This document shows positions 25,751 to 39,589 of a stretch of DNA of 64,000 nucleotides, in pieces. The stretch comes from Schmidtea nova (taxonomy: Eukaryota). A program made the position numbers and the translations under genes. Location: the NCBI GenBank assembly GCA_044892505.1, contig CM097882.1:449624001-449688000 (forward strand), in the 5' to 3' direction. Each line of letters starts with the position of its first letter. Position 1 is the first letter of the stretch. Below the pieces are notes generated by a model, which was given only the letters and a program-made list of their open reading frames with translations, was not told the DNA's origin and did not search any database.

Positions 25751-26941
25751 GTTATTTTATGTTTCATTTATCTGCAATTATATTTTATTTATATTAAAAA
25801 CTTTTATCAAAAATAAAGAATTTTTGGTCAATTTCAGATATTTTAATTTTTTAAGACAATAGATCAATTTTTTCATCGTAATACAAATTTTTGACATTAG
25901 TCGAAGAGTCTATTGTAAAAAACAAAAAGATCAGTTAAATTTCGTGTTTGAGTGCCCCGGACCTCTTACGGGTCGAAATATTCCAATTATTGATTACTGC
26001 ATAAATTGGCATACCTATTTATTTGAATTATACAGGGTGTTAAAAAAATTTAGCACCGTATTTTAGATGTGAGTAATACTCATCAAAACAAGCATAAAAT
26101 TAAATAGAACATTTGTCTGAAAATGCTACTTTTCAAAGTTATATCCCACAAAGTTTGAATAATACAAATAGTATTATAAAAAAAATAAAACAATTTTGTC
26201 TATCTGTTTTTCTGTCTGTAAGTAACGTGGTTTATTAAAACAAAGTTCAATTCGCACAAAAAAATTAAAATAAATTTTTTTTCATCCAATAAAATCCTTA
26301 TAAAATATAAAAAAATAATTAAGGTTACTATTTAGGATTAAGTTAATATAACGATTGAAATACACACTTGATAAAGGCTGTGCCGAAATATTGTGTTATT
26401 GTTTATAAAAAAAATTTTTGATCTATAGTCAGCATTATGAGAATTATTGATAATAATAATAAAAAAAGGTCAAAGGTGAAAAAAGATAATTATGATATAA
26501 TATTTAAATTATATTATATTTAATTATATTTAAAATTCTGCTATATTTATCTGTAAATACTATAAAAACATAAATTAATCAAAAAAGTTATTTAATTTGA
26601 CCTTGATATTAATAATGATTATACACCAATAGTCTGTAATTAAGGGCACAAAGACACTTATTACAGGCAATTGGTGAGTAATTATTATTTATTATGTTTT
26701 TAAAATCAAATTTTAAAGCTGTTTTAACATATTTTAATTTAATTACATATTTTATTTAATATTTTAAGTTAAGTATCTATTTATTTTATAAATATATTTT
26801 TTAGATATTTATGAATTATTGAAAAGGTAAGTTATTATAATTTTTATTCGGCAATTAAATTACATGTGCTTATTTAAATGTCCCCCAAGATTTCCTCTTT
26901 GATTAAAAACTTTGGGACGATCCTTTTTCTTATTCTTCTTT

Positions 26942-27079
26942 CACAAACCTTTTGACTGATTCCATTAAAATTTTGTAATCAATGGTACTCCATCTGATAG
27001 CCCCTTTTAATTTACTAAATAAACTTTCTATGGGGTTTAGAAAGGGGCTATATGGCGGCAAGCATTTTATACCGTTTCG
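26942..27079 (-). pseudogene. Tc1-like (DDE_3) transposase remnant; family end TA-CACACTTGATAAAGGCTGTGCCG at 26361
   Basis: Translation RNGIKCLPPYSPFLNPIESLFSKLKG. Confidence 0.65.
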
Positions 27080-28039
27080 TTAATTATATTAGTAATTTTT
27101 TGTCATGTTCTCTATATCTATGAATATTTGAGTTTAAAATTAAAAATTAAAATCTATTTTACGTTTTTCGATGTTTCATTTCTACAGATTCGGTTGGTTG
27201 AGACACAATAACTTCATTTTCTGCATTTCTAAAAATATTTTTTTAATAATTCTTTTAATATAATTGTAAATTGCATTTCTACTTGATCCTCTCCAATTAA
27301 ATGGTATTGTTGATTTCGACGAAGGTTCTGAAATATCTTTATAAATCATGATTTTTTTATATTTGAAAATCCCTTAATCAAAGATTGTCACTTAAATTAT
27401 GTCCACGTGTTTGTATTTTTTATTATAAGATTTTTGTGTGTCTTGTGTAAGTGTGTTATTTTTACCTAATTTATTTTTCTTCTTTTCAATAGTATAGGCC
27501 CGTAATTTATGACTGTGCTTTTTATCTTTGTCCTTATCTGCAGTAAGTATGTATAGCTTTTCTATATATAATTTTATTTGTTATTATAGAATCCTTAATT
27601 GTTGACTGTCTGGCCCTTAATTTATGACTTCTGGTGTATTAAACTAGCTCAATTTATTTTCAAAATTGTGAATGTTTTAATTTAAATGATATAAATAATT
27701 TAAATTTTTCTCTATTTTTTTATAAATAATATTTCCATTTTATTTCATTGTTATGAATACACTTTCGAATAAATCCAATAATAAACATAATTCTTTTTCA
27801 ACAAGTGCTGGAAACATGATAATGAACAAACATAATTAGCTGCCTTCAGCCACAGGTAACGAACTAGTTATAAGATAAATTAGTATTTTCTTTTATCCAC
27901 AGAAGGTTTTTGATTTTTCGACCATTAAATGCACATTCTAGCACCCTTCATCATTGAAAGTGAATACGTTCAGTGATGCCACATTTTTTCTGAGCAATTT
28001 TCAATTTGATCTCAATTTACCCTTAGTATCGATTGATGT

Positions 28040-28870
28040 AGCCGCCACCATTTTTTTTAAATCTCCCACAAATTAAAATTTAATGGATTTAAATTTTCTG
28101 AGCGAGGTGGCCATACAGCATGTCCGCCACTTCCAATCCTTTTCTTTGAAAATTTTTGTTTAAATATTCTCCTAACATTCTTTAAAAAATGGTCAAGGGG
28201 ACCATCTTGCATAAACCACATATGGTGTAAATGGATTAGTGGAATTTCTTCCATAAGTTCAGACAAGTCATTTGTGAAATAATTAAGATAAATTGCTCTT
28301 GTCAATTTATTAGGCAAAATAAAAGACCATATAAGATGATCCGAGAAGATTCTAGACTCATCATTAATAGAAAAGCGATAAATGGTGCCTCGATCTTAAA
28401 ACTGCGTAAGGATTTTAAGGAATGTATTGGCTATTATTGATGCTGTTCCTAGTGAAAGATGCTTCAACTTTTAATGAGCCATTGGTAAAGGTAACCCTTG
28501 CTTTATCATCAAAAGATATAAGTTCTTGAACACACTAAATATTATATAGATGCCAACCATCTTGATTGCAAAATGTTCCAAATGGTGCGATGACTTTTAC
28601 AGCCATTCTTTGGGATGATGTTTCAGTATTTACTTCAAACTTTCGTAAATTGATTTCCTCGAATAAGTGTGTTTTTACGATCGTAGTTTACAGCAGTTAA
28701 TTAAATATGGCTCAAATTTCTCAGTATCAGGTAAACTTTGGTGAATTTTGCTAAATATTTGCTTACTTGGACATCTGAGATTTGGAAAAGCTTCTTCATT
28801 TTATCGTCTTGCTTCAGCAGGATTACATACGCTTTGCCTTACTTGAAATGACTGTCTATCACAGTGATTC
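28040..28870 (-). pseudogene. Degenerate IS630-Tc1-mariner transposase (DUF4817/DD37D-like)
   Basis: MWFMQDG..H...RIGSGGHAVWPPRSENLNPLNFNLWE; N-terminal NPAEARR...FPNLRCPSKQIF; many stops and frameshifts. Confidence 0.75.
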
Positions 28871-30219
28871 CCAAACTATGTGCCACGGAAATATTTTGAT
28901 ATGTATTTAATTATCAGTAATTCAAATGTTTAAGAATTTAAATCATTAAAAATTAATATTTGCAAACAAGCAAACAAATATTAAGTTGACTCTTTAAAAT
29001 AACACCGATTGTTAAAGATTCTACTTTAAAAATACCACTAGAACCTTCACCAGCGGTGTCGATTGGACTGGCTTTCATTATCAATTGGTACTTTACTGTT
29101 GAACATTTCTTTAAAGTATTATTAAACAATTAAAATATTTTTATATAAAAATAATAATAAAATTTTAAAAAATTCTAAATATTTTTAAATGTTGCGCGAA
29201 AGTTTTCATATTTTCTTAAAGTGCCACAAACCAAAGTTGGGAAATCACTGGCCTATCATTTCAAAATTTGACAAACACTTTAACATTTAATTTTAAAAAG
29301 TATAAATTATTTTACAAATATTCAAACAAACTATTATCCCTATTTTTATAATAGTATTTGTATTAATGCTATTCATTAAATTTTGTTACTGGTTTTGGAA
29401 AAAAATATAATTTTATAATTTGCACTTTTTTAAAGGGAACATGATCAACCCGTGTTAAATTTAATTTTATGCTGGTTTAGATGAGAACAACACAGATCTA
29501 AAATATGGTTGCAACTNNNNNNNNNNNNNNNNNNNNNNNNNNNNNNNNNNNNNNNNNNNNNNNNNNNNNNNNNNNNNNNNNNNNNNNNNNNNNNNNNNNN
29601 NNNNNNNNNNNNNNNNNNNNNNNNNNNNNNNNNNNNNNNNNNNNNNNNNNNNNNNNNNNNNNNNNNNNNNNNNNNNNNNNNNNNNNNNNNNNNNNNNNNN
29701 NNNNNNNNNNNNNNNNNNNNNNNNNNNNNNNNNNNNNNNNNNNNNNNNNNNNNNNNNNNNNNNNNNNNNNNAGATCCATCTTCTGTGGACAATTTGTTTG
29801 TTGCGTTTTATGTCGGTCCGACCGTCTGTCTGTGAGCCTGTATCATACATTGAGGCAGGTATGTTCCGCATGAGTTAATCACATGAATAATCTGAGTAAT
29901 ATAATTTTATCACGTGAGAATAAGTTTTATGTCTCACACGATTTGATATTTTTTTCAGCAAAGCTATTCATTAAATTTTGGTACTGGTTTTGGAAAAAAT
30001 ATAATTTTATAATTTGCACCTTTTTAGAGTTATCCAGGAGTCACCGCCTGGAGGTAAGGTGCATTAGAATCCCAAAACCACATAATATGGAAAACATGGG
30101 TTTTTTTAACTGATTCTATGAAATTCTAATTCAAAATTTCAAGATAGACAACATTCTTAGTGAGAATGCTTCTATCGGGCTCAAGGTAGTGATTGGAATC
30201 TTCTGTTAAAAAAATTCAC

Positions 30220-30900
30220 ACACCATCATATGACCGTGAACGACTAAGTGCAATAAAAGGGTGTCCATGTCCAAATAGGGGTGAAGTAAGATGGATATCC
30301 ACTTTTGAAATTGACTGAACTTGAGCCTTTATTATCGTCATTGCAAATACCAACACCAAGGGAAACTGATAACGAATCATCTTAAATGGGAACACACCTT
30401 CTGCAACTGTAAGTTTGAGCTGAGGAATAAGAGTTTCACGACCAGCTGATGGTCTAATTTATACCATAACTTTTATTGCTCGCTCATACAGCTGGAGTAT
30501 TTTCAGACAGGATCCGTTGAGTAGTCCTTCTTTCATGTTTAGATTACGTATCAAAAGGACGATGACACAAGCTTTAAGTTCCAATTTGTATCGTGGATTA
30601 CCGGAGACTTCTACGATGTAAAAATATTCTCTTGGGAATCTAAGCTGTTTTGAATCATCTGTACTATCAATAGAATCCTGATGTTAACATTTCGTAATTC
30701 CATTTTAGTTCAAACATAAGAAGCTGATTGCAATTTGTGTTTGCAGCTGAACGAATAGTACTTGCAGCATTCACATCGTAAATGTAGACTTGTCCATTCA
30801 CTGGTTGATATCCATTATTTGGCGTATAGAGGGTAGTCGGTAATAAATAGCATCATAGACACGTAAGAAGTAGGGACCTCGTCCCACAACATCATCTGTT
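30220..30900 (-). pseudogene. Internally deleted Helitron RepHel remnant (PIF1 helicase C-terminus plus N-terminal piece)
   Basis: LELK..VIVLLIRNLNMKEGLLNG...RYQFPLVLVFAMTIIKAQVQS...GHGHPFIALSR; upstream GRGPYFLRV..GQVYIYD. Confidence 0.75.
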
Positions 30901-32274
30901 TTCATCAATGTCTAGATCATTGCTAAAGAAGAGATGAATCTCCGAATATTTTCAAAGTGATTTCTTGAATTAACATGCGATCCATTTAGAAGAGATTCAA
31001 TCAATGAATTCAGGAGAAAGAAAATATCCAGAAAGAAGTGAGAAGTCAATTGGAAAAAAATTCTTATTGGAGTGATCACTGAACAGGATCTTTTTAAGAT
31101 CGAAATATTTCATTTAAATAAACATTGTGAAGAAGGCTTAACATTGTTAACTTTTTATAATATTTTAATNNNNNNNNNNNNNNNNNNNNNNNNNNNNNNN
31201 NNNNNNNNNNNNNNNNNNNNNNNNNNNNNNNNNNNNNNNNNNNNNNNNNNNNNNNNNNNNNNNNNNNNNNNNNNNNNNNNNNNNNNNNNNNNNNNNNNNN
31301 NNNNNNNNNNNNNNNNNNNNNNNNNNNNNNNNNNNNNNNNNNNNNNNNNNNNNNNNNNNNNNNNNNNNNNGCAATATAAGTGTATTACTAATAAAAACAT
31401 CAATTACACATAATAATATTATTAAAATGAATATTTGGCATGCAATCCAAGTGCAATGGAAATGCAATATAAATGCATGATTAATGCACACATACACACA
31501 ACAATTTCATATAATAATAAAGTAATAATAATATATCAAAAATACAATATTAATGTAATACATGTGCAATACATTTGCACTACATGTGCATGACTAACAT
31601 GCATACCCACATTTAATTTAAATTAGAATATTAATAAAATAATAAAAATATAATAAAANNNNNNNNNNNNNNNNNNNNNNNNNNNNNNNNNNNNNNNNNN
31701 NNNNNNNNNNNNNNNNNNNNNNNNNNNNNNNNNNNNNNNNNNNNNNNNNNNNNNNNNNNNNNNNNNNNNNNNNNNNNNNNNNNNNNNNNNNNNNNNNNNN
31801 NNNNNNNNNNNNNNNNNNNNNNNNNNNNNNNNNNNNNNNNNNNNNNNNNNNNNNNNNNNNNNNNNNNNNNNNNNNNNNNNNNNNNNNNNNNNNNNNNNNN
31901 NNNNNNNNNNNNNNNNNNNNNNNNNNNNNNNNNNNNNNNNNNNNNNNNNNNNNNNNNNNNNNNNNNNNNNNNNNNNNNNNNNNNNNNNNNNNNNNNNNNN
32001 NNNNNNNNNNNNNNNNNNNNNNNNNNNNNNNNNNNNNNNNNNNNNNNNNNNNNNNNNNNNNNNNNNNNNNNNNNNNNAGAAAAAGAAGAAGAAAATTAAA
32101 ATTAAAATTAAAATAATTGTTTTAATAATTGTTAATAATTGTTAATAATAACAAATAATAATAAATAATTGTTAATAATTGTTAATAATTGTTAATAATT
32201 GTTAATAATTGTTTAAAATAATTGTTAAAATAATGGTTTTATTTCAATATTAATTTTAATTTATAATAATTAAG

Positions 32275-32944
32275 AAAATGTCAAAAAATGTCCGAAAAAC
32301 TATTGTCAGAACAAAGGTCGCTGTTACAATATCAATGAAACAAAGATTGCGTGTGACTGTAAAAAAACTCAATTCTATGGAGAGATTTGTGAAATTAAGC
32401 GTCCAAGTTGTGATCCGAATCCTTGTAAAAATGGAGTTTGTCAAATTATCCAGAATAGCCGAATCTGCAATTGTACTGGAACCGGATATACCGGTTTTGA
32501 TTGTGAAATTAGTAAATGTTCAAATCACAAGTGCCAAAACAATGGAAAATGCATTGTCAAAGAAGGAATTCCCGAATGTGATTGTTCAAAGACAATTTAC
32601 GAAGGTCAATTCTGTGAAACCCCTAAATGCCCATCGGATTTTTGTCTAAACCTCGGGCATTGTTTATTGAATAAGGGTAATCAACTACCATATTGCGTTT
32701 GCAACGGTACCGGATATTACGGCTACCGGTGTAATAAACCGATTTGTCCTAAAGATTATTGCACTAAGAATGGAAACTGTATCACCAGGGATGAATCTCC
32801 AATATGTTATTGTGATGAGGGTTTCACGGGTGAGAAATGCGAAAAACTAATTTGTTCAAAAGATAAATGTATAAATGGAGGTAAATGCGTAGTTGTGGAA
32901 AGATCTCCATTTTGTATTTGTTCCAAGGATTTTCAAGGGAAAAA
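32275..32944 (+). CDS. Neurexin-like protein exon, tandem EGF repeats 1-6
   Basis: Open frame CPKNYCQNKGRC...CDPNPCKNGVC...CSKDKCINGGKC..CICSKDFQGK; phase 1 start, phase 2 end. Confidence 0.9.
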
Positions 32945-33604
32945 GTAAATTATTTTTTCATAAAAAATTGCATATTTATTATCTTTATTTATTGCGGAGT
33001 TTCAGAATTAAATATTAACCCTTATCACTCATGTTGACACGCGTTTTTGACATTTGCAACAGAAAGTAGTTGTCACTACTGACCGACATATTTACAATTA
33101 CTTTACACTAAAACTTTGGGAAGTGCTTGCTTGATCGGAAGTTACACGCATATTTAACCCTTTTAAAGTCATGGTTCATATCTTAAAAAATCACTCCGAT
33201 CGCATAAATTTTACACATTTAGTGTATTTATTCAAAATTTTTCACAAATTATAATTTTTGCGCCATTTCTAAATTGAATCTGTACAAGCCTATAAATTGT
33301 GAGTAAGTTTATTTTACCACGTTTTTAATAACTTGCTTTTCTTGTATGTATCTGTGTGTGCGGTACAAATTTTGCAATCAATTTTTAACTAACTTTCCTA
33401 TGAGTTAGAGTCTTGAAATTTTGAACATAGCCTAGAACCCGATGACAATGCAATATTCAACAGTTTACAACAGGTTAGGACCAAGGGTTCGTGGGACCCC
33501 CATATTAAAGACGGTTGTAAAAGTGATGAAAATGACAAAATGTATAATAATAATAAAATATTTTAATTCACAGAAGACTTAAAAGCTGAAAATAAATAAA
33601 TAAA

Positions 33605-34090
33605 AAAAACTTTTAATGTACCACGTTTTTAAAATGGACTAAAAAGGAGAAAATAATTTTTCCTACCCACACACTGAAATTTCTGAGGGCTTATGATTGT
33701 AAGATTTAAAAAACTATGAAAACGTTTGTTTAATTTAAAATGAAAAACGTAGAGCGCACGCATTTTATGGTGTAATATAGTTCCAATAGCTACATAATAC
33801 TTAAGAAGTTTAACTATGATGTTTAAAGAATTCACTCCTGATTTAAAACTACTTGTGAGTTGAGCATAATTAAATTGTTAATTAACCATCGGAACTATAT
33901 TATAATTTATACCTACAATACAATTTAATATTACATGCGCTCCACGTTTTTCATTTTAAATTAAACAAACTTTTCATAGTTTGTAAAATCTTACAAGCAT
34001 AAGCCCTAAGAATTTTCTGTGTTGGGGTAAGAAAAATTATTTTCTCCTTTTTAGTCAATTTTAAAAACGTGGTACATTAAAAAGTTTTTA
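33605..34090. mobile_element. MITE with ~190-bp inverted arms
   Basis: TTTTAATGTACCACGTTTTTAAAATGGACTAAAAAGGAGAAAATAA... vs its reverse complement at 34030-34085. Confidence 0.65.
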
Positions 34091-34664
34091 TTATTTATTT
34101 ATTTAGATTTAATTTAATTTTTTACGTGTTTTTGACTACATGCCACAAACGTTTGTGTTCATACATTTTTGTGTTTATATTTTTACACACTAATAATTGC
34201 ATTTAAGAGTATATATTTTTAACACTGTTTATTCATATAAATTAAAGAATTTCGAAAAAATTTATTCTTCAATATATGTAACAGCGTCGGGAACCTTTTT
34301 CAACCTAAGAGCCAAAACTATAAAAAATTTTATAAAGCCGCCTTTTTTCGAGGTAAGAGCTGCTGGTTCCTGAGTCCTGATGTATAATTTCACATGTTCA
34401 TATATTGCAAAGTTTCTCAAACTTTTTTGTCCATGGAATATAAAGATTCTATTACTTTTCCGATGGAGCCCCAACAATTAAAAAGATCAAAAATTAAAGA
34501 ATGCTAATANNNNNNNNNNNNNNNNNNNNNNNNNNNNNNNNNNNNNNNNNNNNNNNNNNNNNNNNNNNNNNNNNNNNNNNNNNNNNNNNNNNNNNNNNNN
34601 NNNNNNNNNNNNNNNNNNNNNNNNNNNNNNNNNNNNNNNNNNNNNNNNNNNNNNNNNNNNNNNN

Positions 34665-35851
34665 TTCCATTAAGTGAGACGATTGATCTGTGTTGTGAGT
34701 TGTGGAAAGAGAACATGGTTGATGATCAGACATTAGATGTAATTGCGTTTCGTGAATTGTTGATATTTGCAACCTCAAATGTTGCTTTTCTTTTTGATGA
34801 TAATTGGTATCAGCAAGTTGATGGAGTGGCGATGGGATCACCTTTAGCTCCAACTCTTGCGTCGATTTTTCTTTCAAAATTAGAGGAAAAGATTTCTGAT
34901 TTTCCTTTTTCTAAGCCTAAGATATATAAACGTTACGTTGATGATATTTTTTTAGTATTTTCGAATGCTGATGATGTTGCTCCTTTTTTAAATTATATGA
35001 ATGGGCTACATTCCAATATTAAGTTCACGGTGGAAGAAGAAGTTAATGCTTTTCTTCCATTTTTAGATTTGTTAGTGGAACGAACATCTAAGGGTTTTGA
35101 AACAGAAGTATATAGAAAGCCAACTGATACAGGTCTATATACTACTGCTAATAGCTTTTGTGATTTTAAATATAATAAAAATATGATTAAGGGTTTGATT
35201 TTTAGATCGTGGTCATTATCTTCTACTTTTGAAAAATCTAACAAAAGTATACATAAACTTGTTTCTCTTCTGAATAAAAATGGATATTCAAAGGCTTTTG
35301 TTGAAAGACTGACTAAGGAAACCATTGATCGGCTATTGATTGAGCCTGATGAAAGCATTGGAAATGGTAGTCCATCTAATGATAGTGAACATTTAAAAAC
35401 GCACGTTTTAGTAATTCCATATTCGGAAGGTTTTAAAAATTTTAAGTGTTCTATAATGAAATCCTTAGGAAATTCTAACATATTTAACATAGTGTCAAAG
35501 TCTTTAAAATCAGTAAATATGTTTAGTAAAAAATCTCAAACCCCAATAGGTTTAGTTTCTGATCTAGTGTATAAGTTTTCTTGTAATGGGTGCAATGCCA
35601 CATACATTAGAGAGACTTCCCGTCATCTCCGCACACGGGTTCAGGAACATAGTCGATTGAAAGGTGTGAGTAATATTATTGAGCATAGAAAAATGTGTAT
35701 AGGAGAAACTGATTTAAAAGATTTTAAAATTATATTAAAAAACTTTAATAATAAATGGGAAAGAATATTATGTGAGGCGTTGGTGATTAAATCACAATCC
35801 CCTACAATTAATATTCAATCAGCAACGAATTTATTGAGATTATTTAATTAA
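34665..35851 (+). mobile_element. Penelope-like retroelement ORF: RT (3' part) plus GIY-YIG endonuclease; 5' part lost in gap
   Basis: GVAMGSPLAP, RYVDD, LPFLD, YRKPTDTG; VYKFSCNGCNATYIRETSRHLRTRVQEH. Confidence 0.9.
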
Positions 35852-35914
35852 CTCATTAAATCATAGCCATTACGTCATTACTGTTTCCGTATATAACATT
35901 TGATTTAGATTATG

Positions 35915-35963
35915 ATGGCAGACTGATGATGAGGACTATGTCCTTGAAATATATTTCTATTGT
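35915..35963 (+). ncRNA. Minimal type-I hammerhead ribozyme in the Penelope 3' region
   Basis: CTGATGA(35923)-T-GAGGAC/TAT/GTCCTT-GAAA-TATA-TT; imperfect stem I ATGGCAGA/TCTATTGT. Confidence 0.6.
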
Positions 35964-36005
35964 TTGGCGATTTCGTGTTTTTATTAATAATAGGCCATCA
36001 TTTTT

Positions 36006-36072
<67 letters not shown>

Positions 36073-36075
<3 letters not shown>

Positions 36076-39000
36076 GGTGGTCCTTAATTTTGAAAAGTTG
36101 AAATCCTATGCTTCCACCTCATAGAATTGTTTGTTATTATGACAGGATGCTGTGCTAATTTTATTTTTATTTTTGGATGATGTTTAGAGGTCGCCCAAGC
36201 TTTGGAATTGGAAATTCATCAAAATCGCTGCAAATGAGCTTCTAGAAACTATTTTTTATTTTCTCACTACTTATTTTGGTCAGTTCTGTTAGTTAGTTGA
36301 TCCCAAACAATTAATTTAACCTCTAATAAATAATCTTTGTTGATCAATAATACTGTCTGATTAGGAATTTGCAGTTTTATTAAGTTTTCTATGAAATGGC
36401 GTCATCCTTTTGGTGAGTAAACTTTTTCATGTGTTGTATGTTTTAGCTGCTGCTTTGCCATTCAGAACATTCAGTTATTATGCACTATTTGCCATTTTTT
36501 AGGCCAGAAAGTAAACATTCCACATGTAGACACAGTGACACACCAGTGTTAGTGTAATATTGTATTGTATGATATGTTGTTGTTGTGATGTAGTGAAGAA
36601 TTTGATATACCAACACGAAGTCAAACTGCAGTTTATCTACTGGGTCAACCCACTACTGTGCTTTCTACTCTCAGACTTGCATCAAATGGTGAAGCATTGG
36701 GTTTGTTTTTCCATCACCACCTAACCCATGGTCTGCAGACACGACAGGCATCAGCACATGTGATCGAACAGGTGACTGGAATTTGGAACAAGGCCCGCAT
36801 ACCGACATGTCGCAAAGACCATGCAATCACCAAGCTGGAGCAACTATTCAAAGATTGGACACAGCTAAAAAAGCACAAAGATCGCAAGACAGAGCTCCAT
36901 GTTGCCAGAGAAGATGAGTTTTGCGCCAAAATGAAGAATCTTTTTGACATTGCACATGCCGACGCCCTAACGACTATGAAGATCGAGGAAGATAGAGAAT
37001 TTCTGCTGGCACAGCGAGAACCAGGACGACGAGGTTACCTTGGATTAGTTGATAGAGCATTAGCTGAAAAGGAAGAGAGAAAAGCAGTCAGAATAAACTT
37101 GGAGAGGAAGAGACGTGAAAGAGCAGAAAGCGAGGCATCCGTTAGCACAATGGTTGCAGGATTTGGCAGCAGTAGTGAAGATGACAATAAACCTGAATCG
37201 GACACAGATAAGCCTGCTGAGTTCTCATCACCTCGCCGTAAGAAAAGCAGAGCAGCAACAAATGTGATTACCCCAAAGTTAGCAGCTGCCTTGGATCGTA
37301 CCAAGTTGAGTGACAGAAAGGCTACGTTTGTCATTGCTGCGGCAGCTCAGAGCCTTGGGCATGATATTGATGAACTCAATATAAATCGGAGTTCTATAAA
37401 GCGTCACCGCGAGAAATACAGAGCTGAAATGGCAGCTGCATTAAAGGAAGATTTGTCTAGTGATGTTCCTTTGGTGGTACATTGGGATGGCAAACTAATG
37501 GTCGATCTCACTGGGAAGGATCACGTTGATCGCCTCCCTATAATTGTGACCGGCTTTGGGGTGTGTCAGCTATTGAAGGTGAGCAAGATGTCTGGTGGAA
37601 CAGGTGAGAACCAGTCATCTGCAGTGGTCCAGGCACTGAATGAGTGGAATGTGCAGGATCGTGTGGTAGGATTGTGCTTTGATACAACTAGTTCCAACAC
37701 TGGTATCCACAACGGTGCCTGTGTTCTGATAGAACAGAAGCTAGGCAAGGACTTACTACACTTTGCCTGTCGCCACCACATTATGGAACTGTTGGCAGGA
37801 GCCGCATTTACAGTAAGTCTTGCACCATCATCTACTCCTGAAGTCCTTCTGTTCAAGAGATTTCAACAAAAGTGGTCAATCGTCGACCACAGTAACTACC
37901 AGACGGGAGCTAATTTGAATGAAATACCTGACGTGGTGAAGAACGAAGTAATGGAATTTGCACACAGGCAGCTGCTTCGTGACAACGTCCGAGATGACTA
38001 CAGAGAATTCATTGAATTATCTATCATATTTCTTGGTGGCTTACCCCATCGTGGGATTCATTTTATGGCACCTGGTGCAATGCACCATGCGAGATGGATG
38101 TCGAAAGTGATCTACTCACTCAAAGTGTGGATGTTTCGCTCACAATTCAAGCTCACATCGTTCGAGGAGAAAGGACTTCTCCACATGTGCATCTTTGCAG
38201 TGGTTATATACCTCAAGGCCTGGTTCACTGCACCACTGGCTTCCAGTGCGCCTCGAAATGATCTGCAACTGCTTCAAGATTTGCACAATTAAAAGCGTTA
38301 CAATGAGAAAATCTCTATCGCAACATCCAAAAAACTTGAGCATCATCTTTGGTATTTGTCGGAAGATTTAGTGGGTCTTGCCTTCTTCGATCCCGATGTA
38401 CCGGTCGATACAAAACGTCAAATGGTGAAAGCACTGAATTACTGTAGCAAGGATGCCGTCGACAAAGTACTTCTACCAAAAGGTCTGAAACGCATCACAA
38501 TGTCTGCAAGCAGTGCATGCAACTACAGTTTGGAGGATTTCATAACTGTCAGATCTCAGGAATTCTTTGATAAGCTCCATATTTCTCAAGACTTCTTGAA
38601 TTACGATCCTGACACTTGGGAAACTCGACAGGAGTACACAGATGGCATGTTGATCGTGTCTAAGCTACTAGTCACCAATGATAATGCAGAACGTGGAGTT
38701 GCCCTTGTTCAGGAGCTAAACAAGTGTATCACATACGATGAGGACCAGTTTCAGTTTCTGCTGCAAGTTGTGGCAGACCATCGTCGTCAGTATGCAACCT
38801 GTCAGAAGTCGTTATTACATTGACTTAGTTGCGGAATGCGGAGTGCGGACATCGTCTTTGGTTGGACCGACTGACACTGACAGTCTAGAACATTTATTCC
38901 TATAAATAAATCTTAACAATAGATTCTGTACATTACGGAGTTTCATATTTCCTAGTCATTTAATAACATAATAAAACGTTACCAATTTCAGTTTAGTAAT

Positions 39001-39197
39001 AAAAATACTATACTATGCTCAAGTCAAATTTTTTGGTCATTTTAATAAATTGTGAGCTGTTGGGCGACCTCTAAACATTATCTGATCATTAAAAAAATTT
39101 GCACAGTATCTTATGGCATCAAATGGAACATTTTAAAAGGGTGGGAGACATCCAATTGTGAGAAAAAAATATTACCATTGGTCTAAGGACCACCCTA
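36073..39197 (+). mobile_element. hATm-like DNA transposon, full length
   Basis: TIRs TAGGGTGGTCCTTA / TAAGGACCACCCTA, subterminal IR (ATGTTTAGAGGTCGCCCAA), 8-bp ATATATAT flanks inside a (TA)n tract. Confidence 0.85.
36658..38823 (+). pseudogene. hATm-like transposase interrupted by one in-frame TAA (38290-38292)
   Basis: VHWDGKL, DRLPI, CFDTTSSNTG, ACRHH, HHARWM, NDNAERGV; ORFs 36658-38292 and 38356-38823 share a frame; start codon uncertain. Confidence 0.85.
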
Positions 39198-39589
39198 ATA
39201 TATATATATATTTTTTTTATTTACATTTTAAATTATTCTTATATATTAAATTAAAAATTTTTATATAAATATTTTTTATCTACATTTGGTTTTATCGTTG
39301 TTTTAATATTCACCAAAAAAAATGGCAAGCAAGGATATTCAAATTCAAAAGATGAGATTTTCGTTAACAAAGAAGCACCAAGCATATTCTAATGCGAAGA
39401 CGGCAGATTTAATTATTAAGAAGAAAGAAACAAATCAAGACTCGACGCTCCGACATTTTTGGTTAAATAAAATTTTATTATTTACAGTCATTTATTTCAG
39501 TGTCACTAAAATAAATTTATTTTAAAACTTTAAGTGAGAGCAATGGCGATGATTTTGAAGTCGAACGCACAAGATGACTTTATTTATAA

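Noticed and set aside
29370-30025. ~60-bp direct repeat on both sides of the 29517-29771 gap
   Set aside because: Could be TE fragments or contig-end overlap; not interpretable next to a gap.
34993-37856. Minus-strand ORFs overlapping the Penelope and hATm ORFs
   Set aside because: Antisense shadows of the real coding frames.
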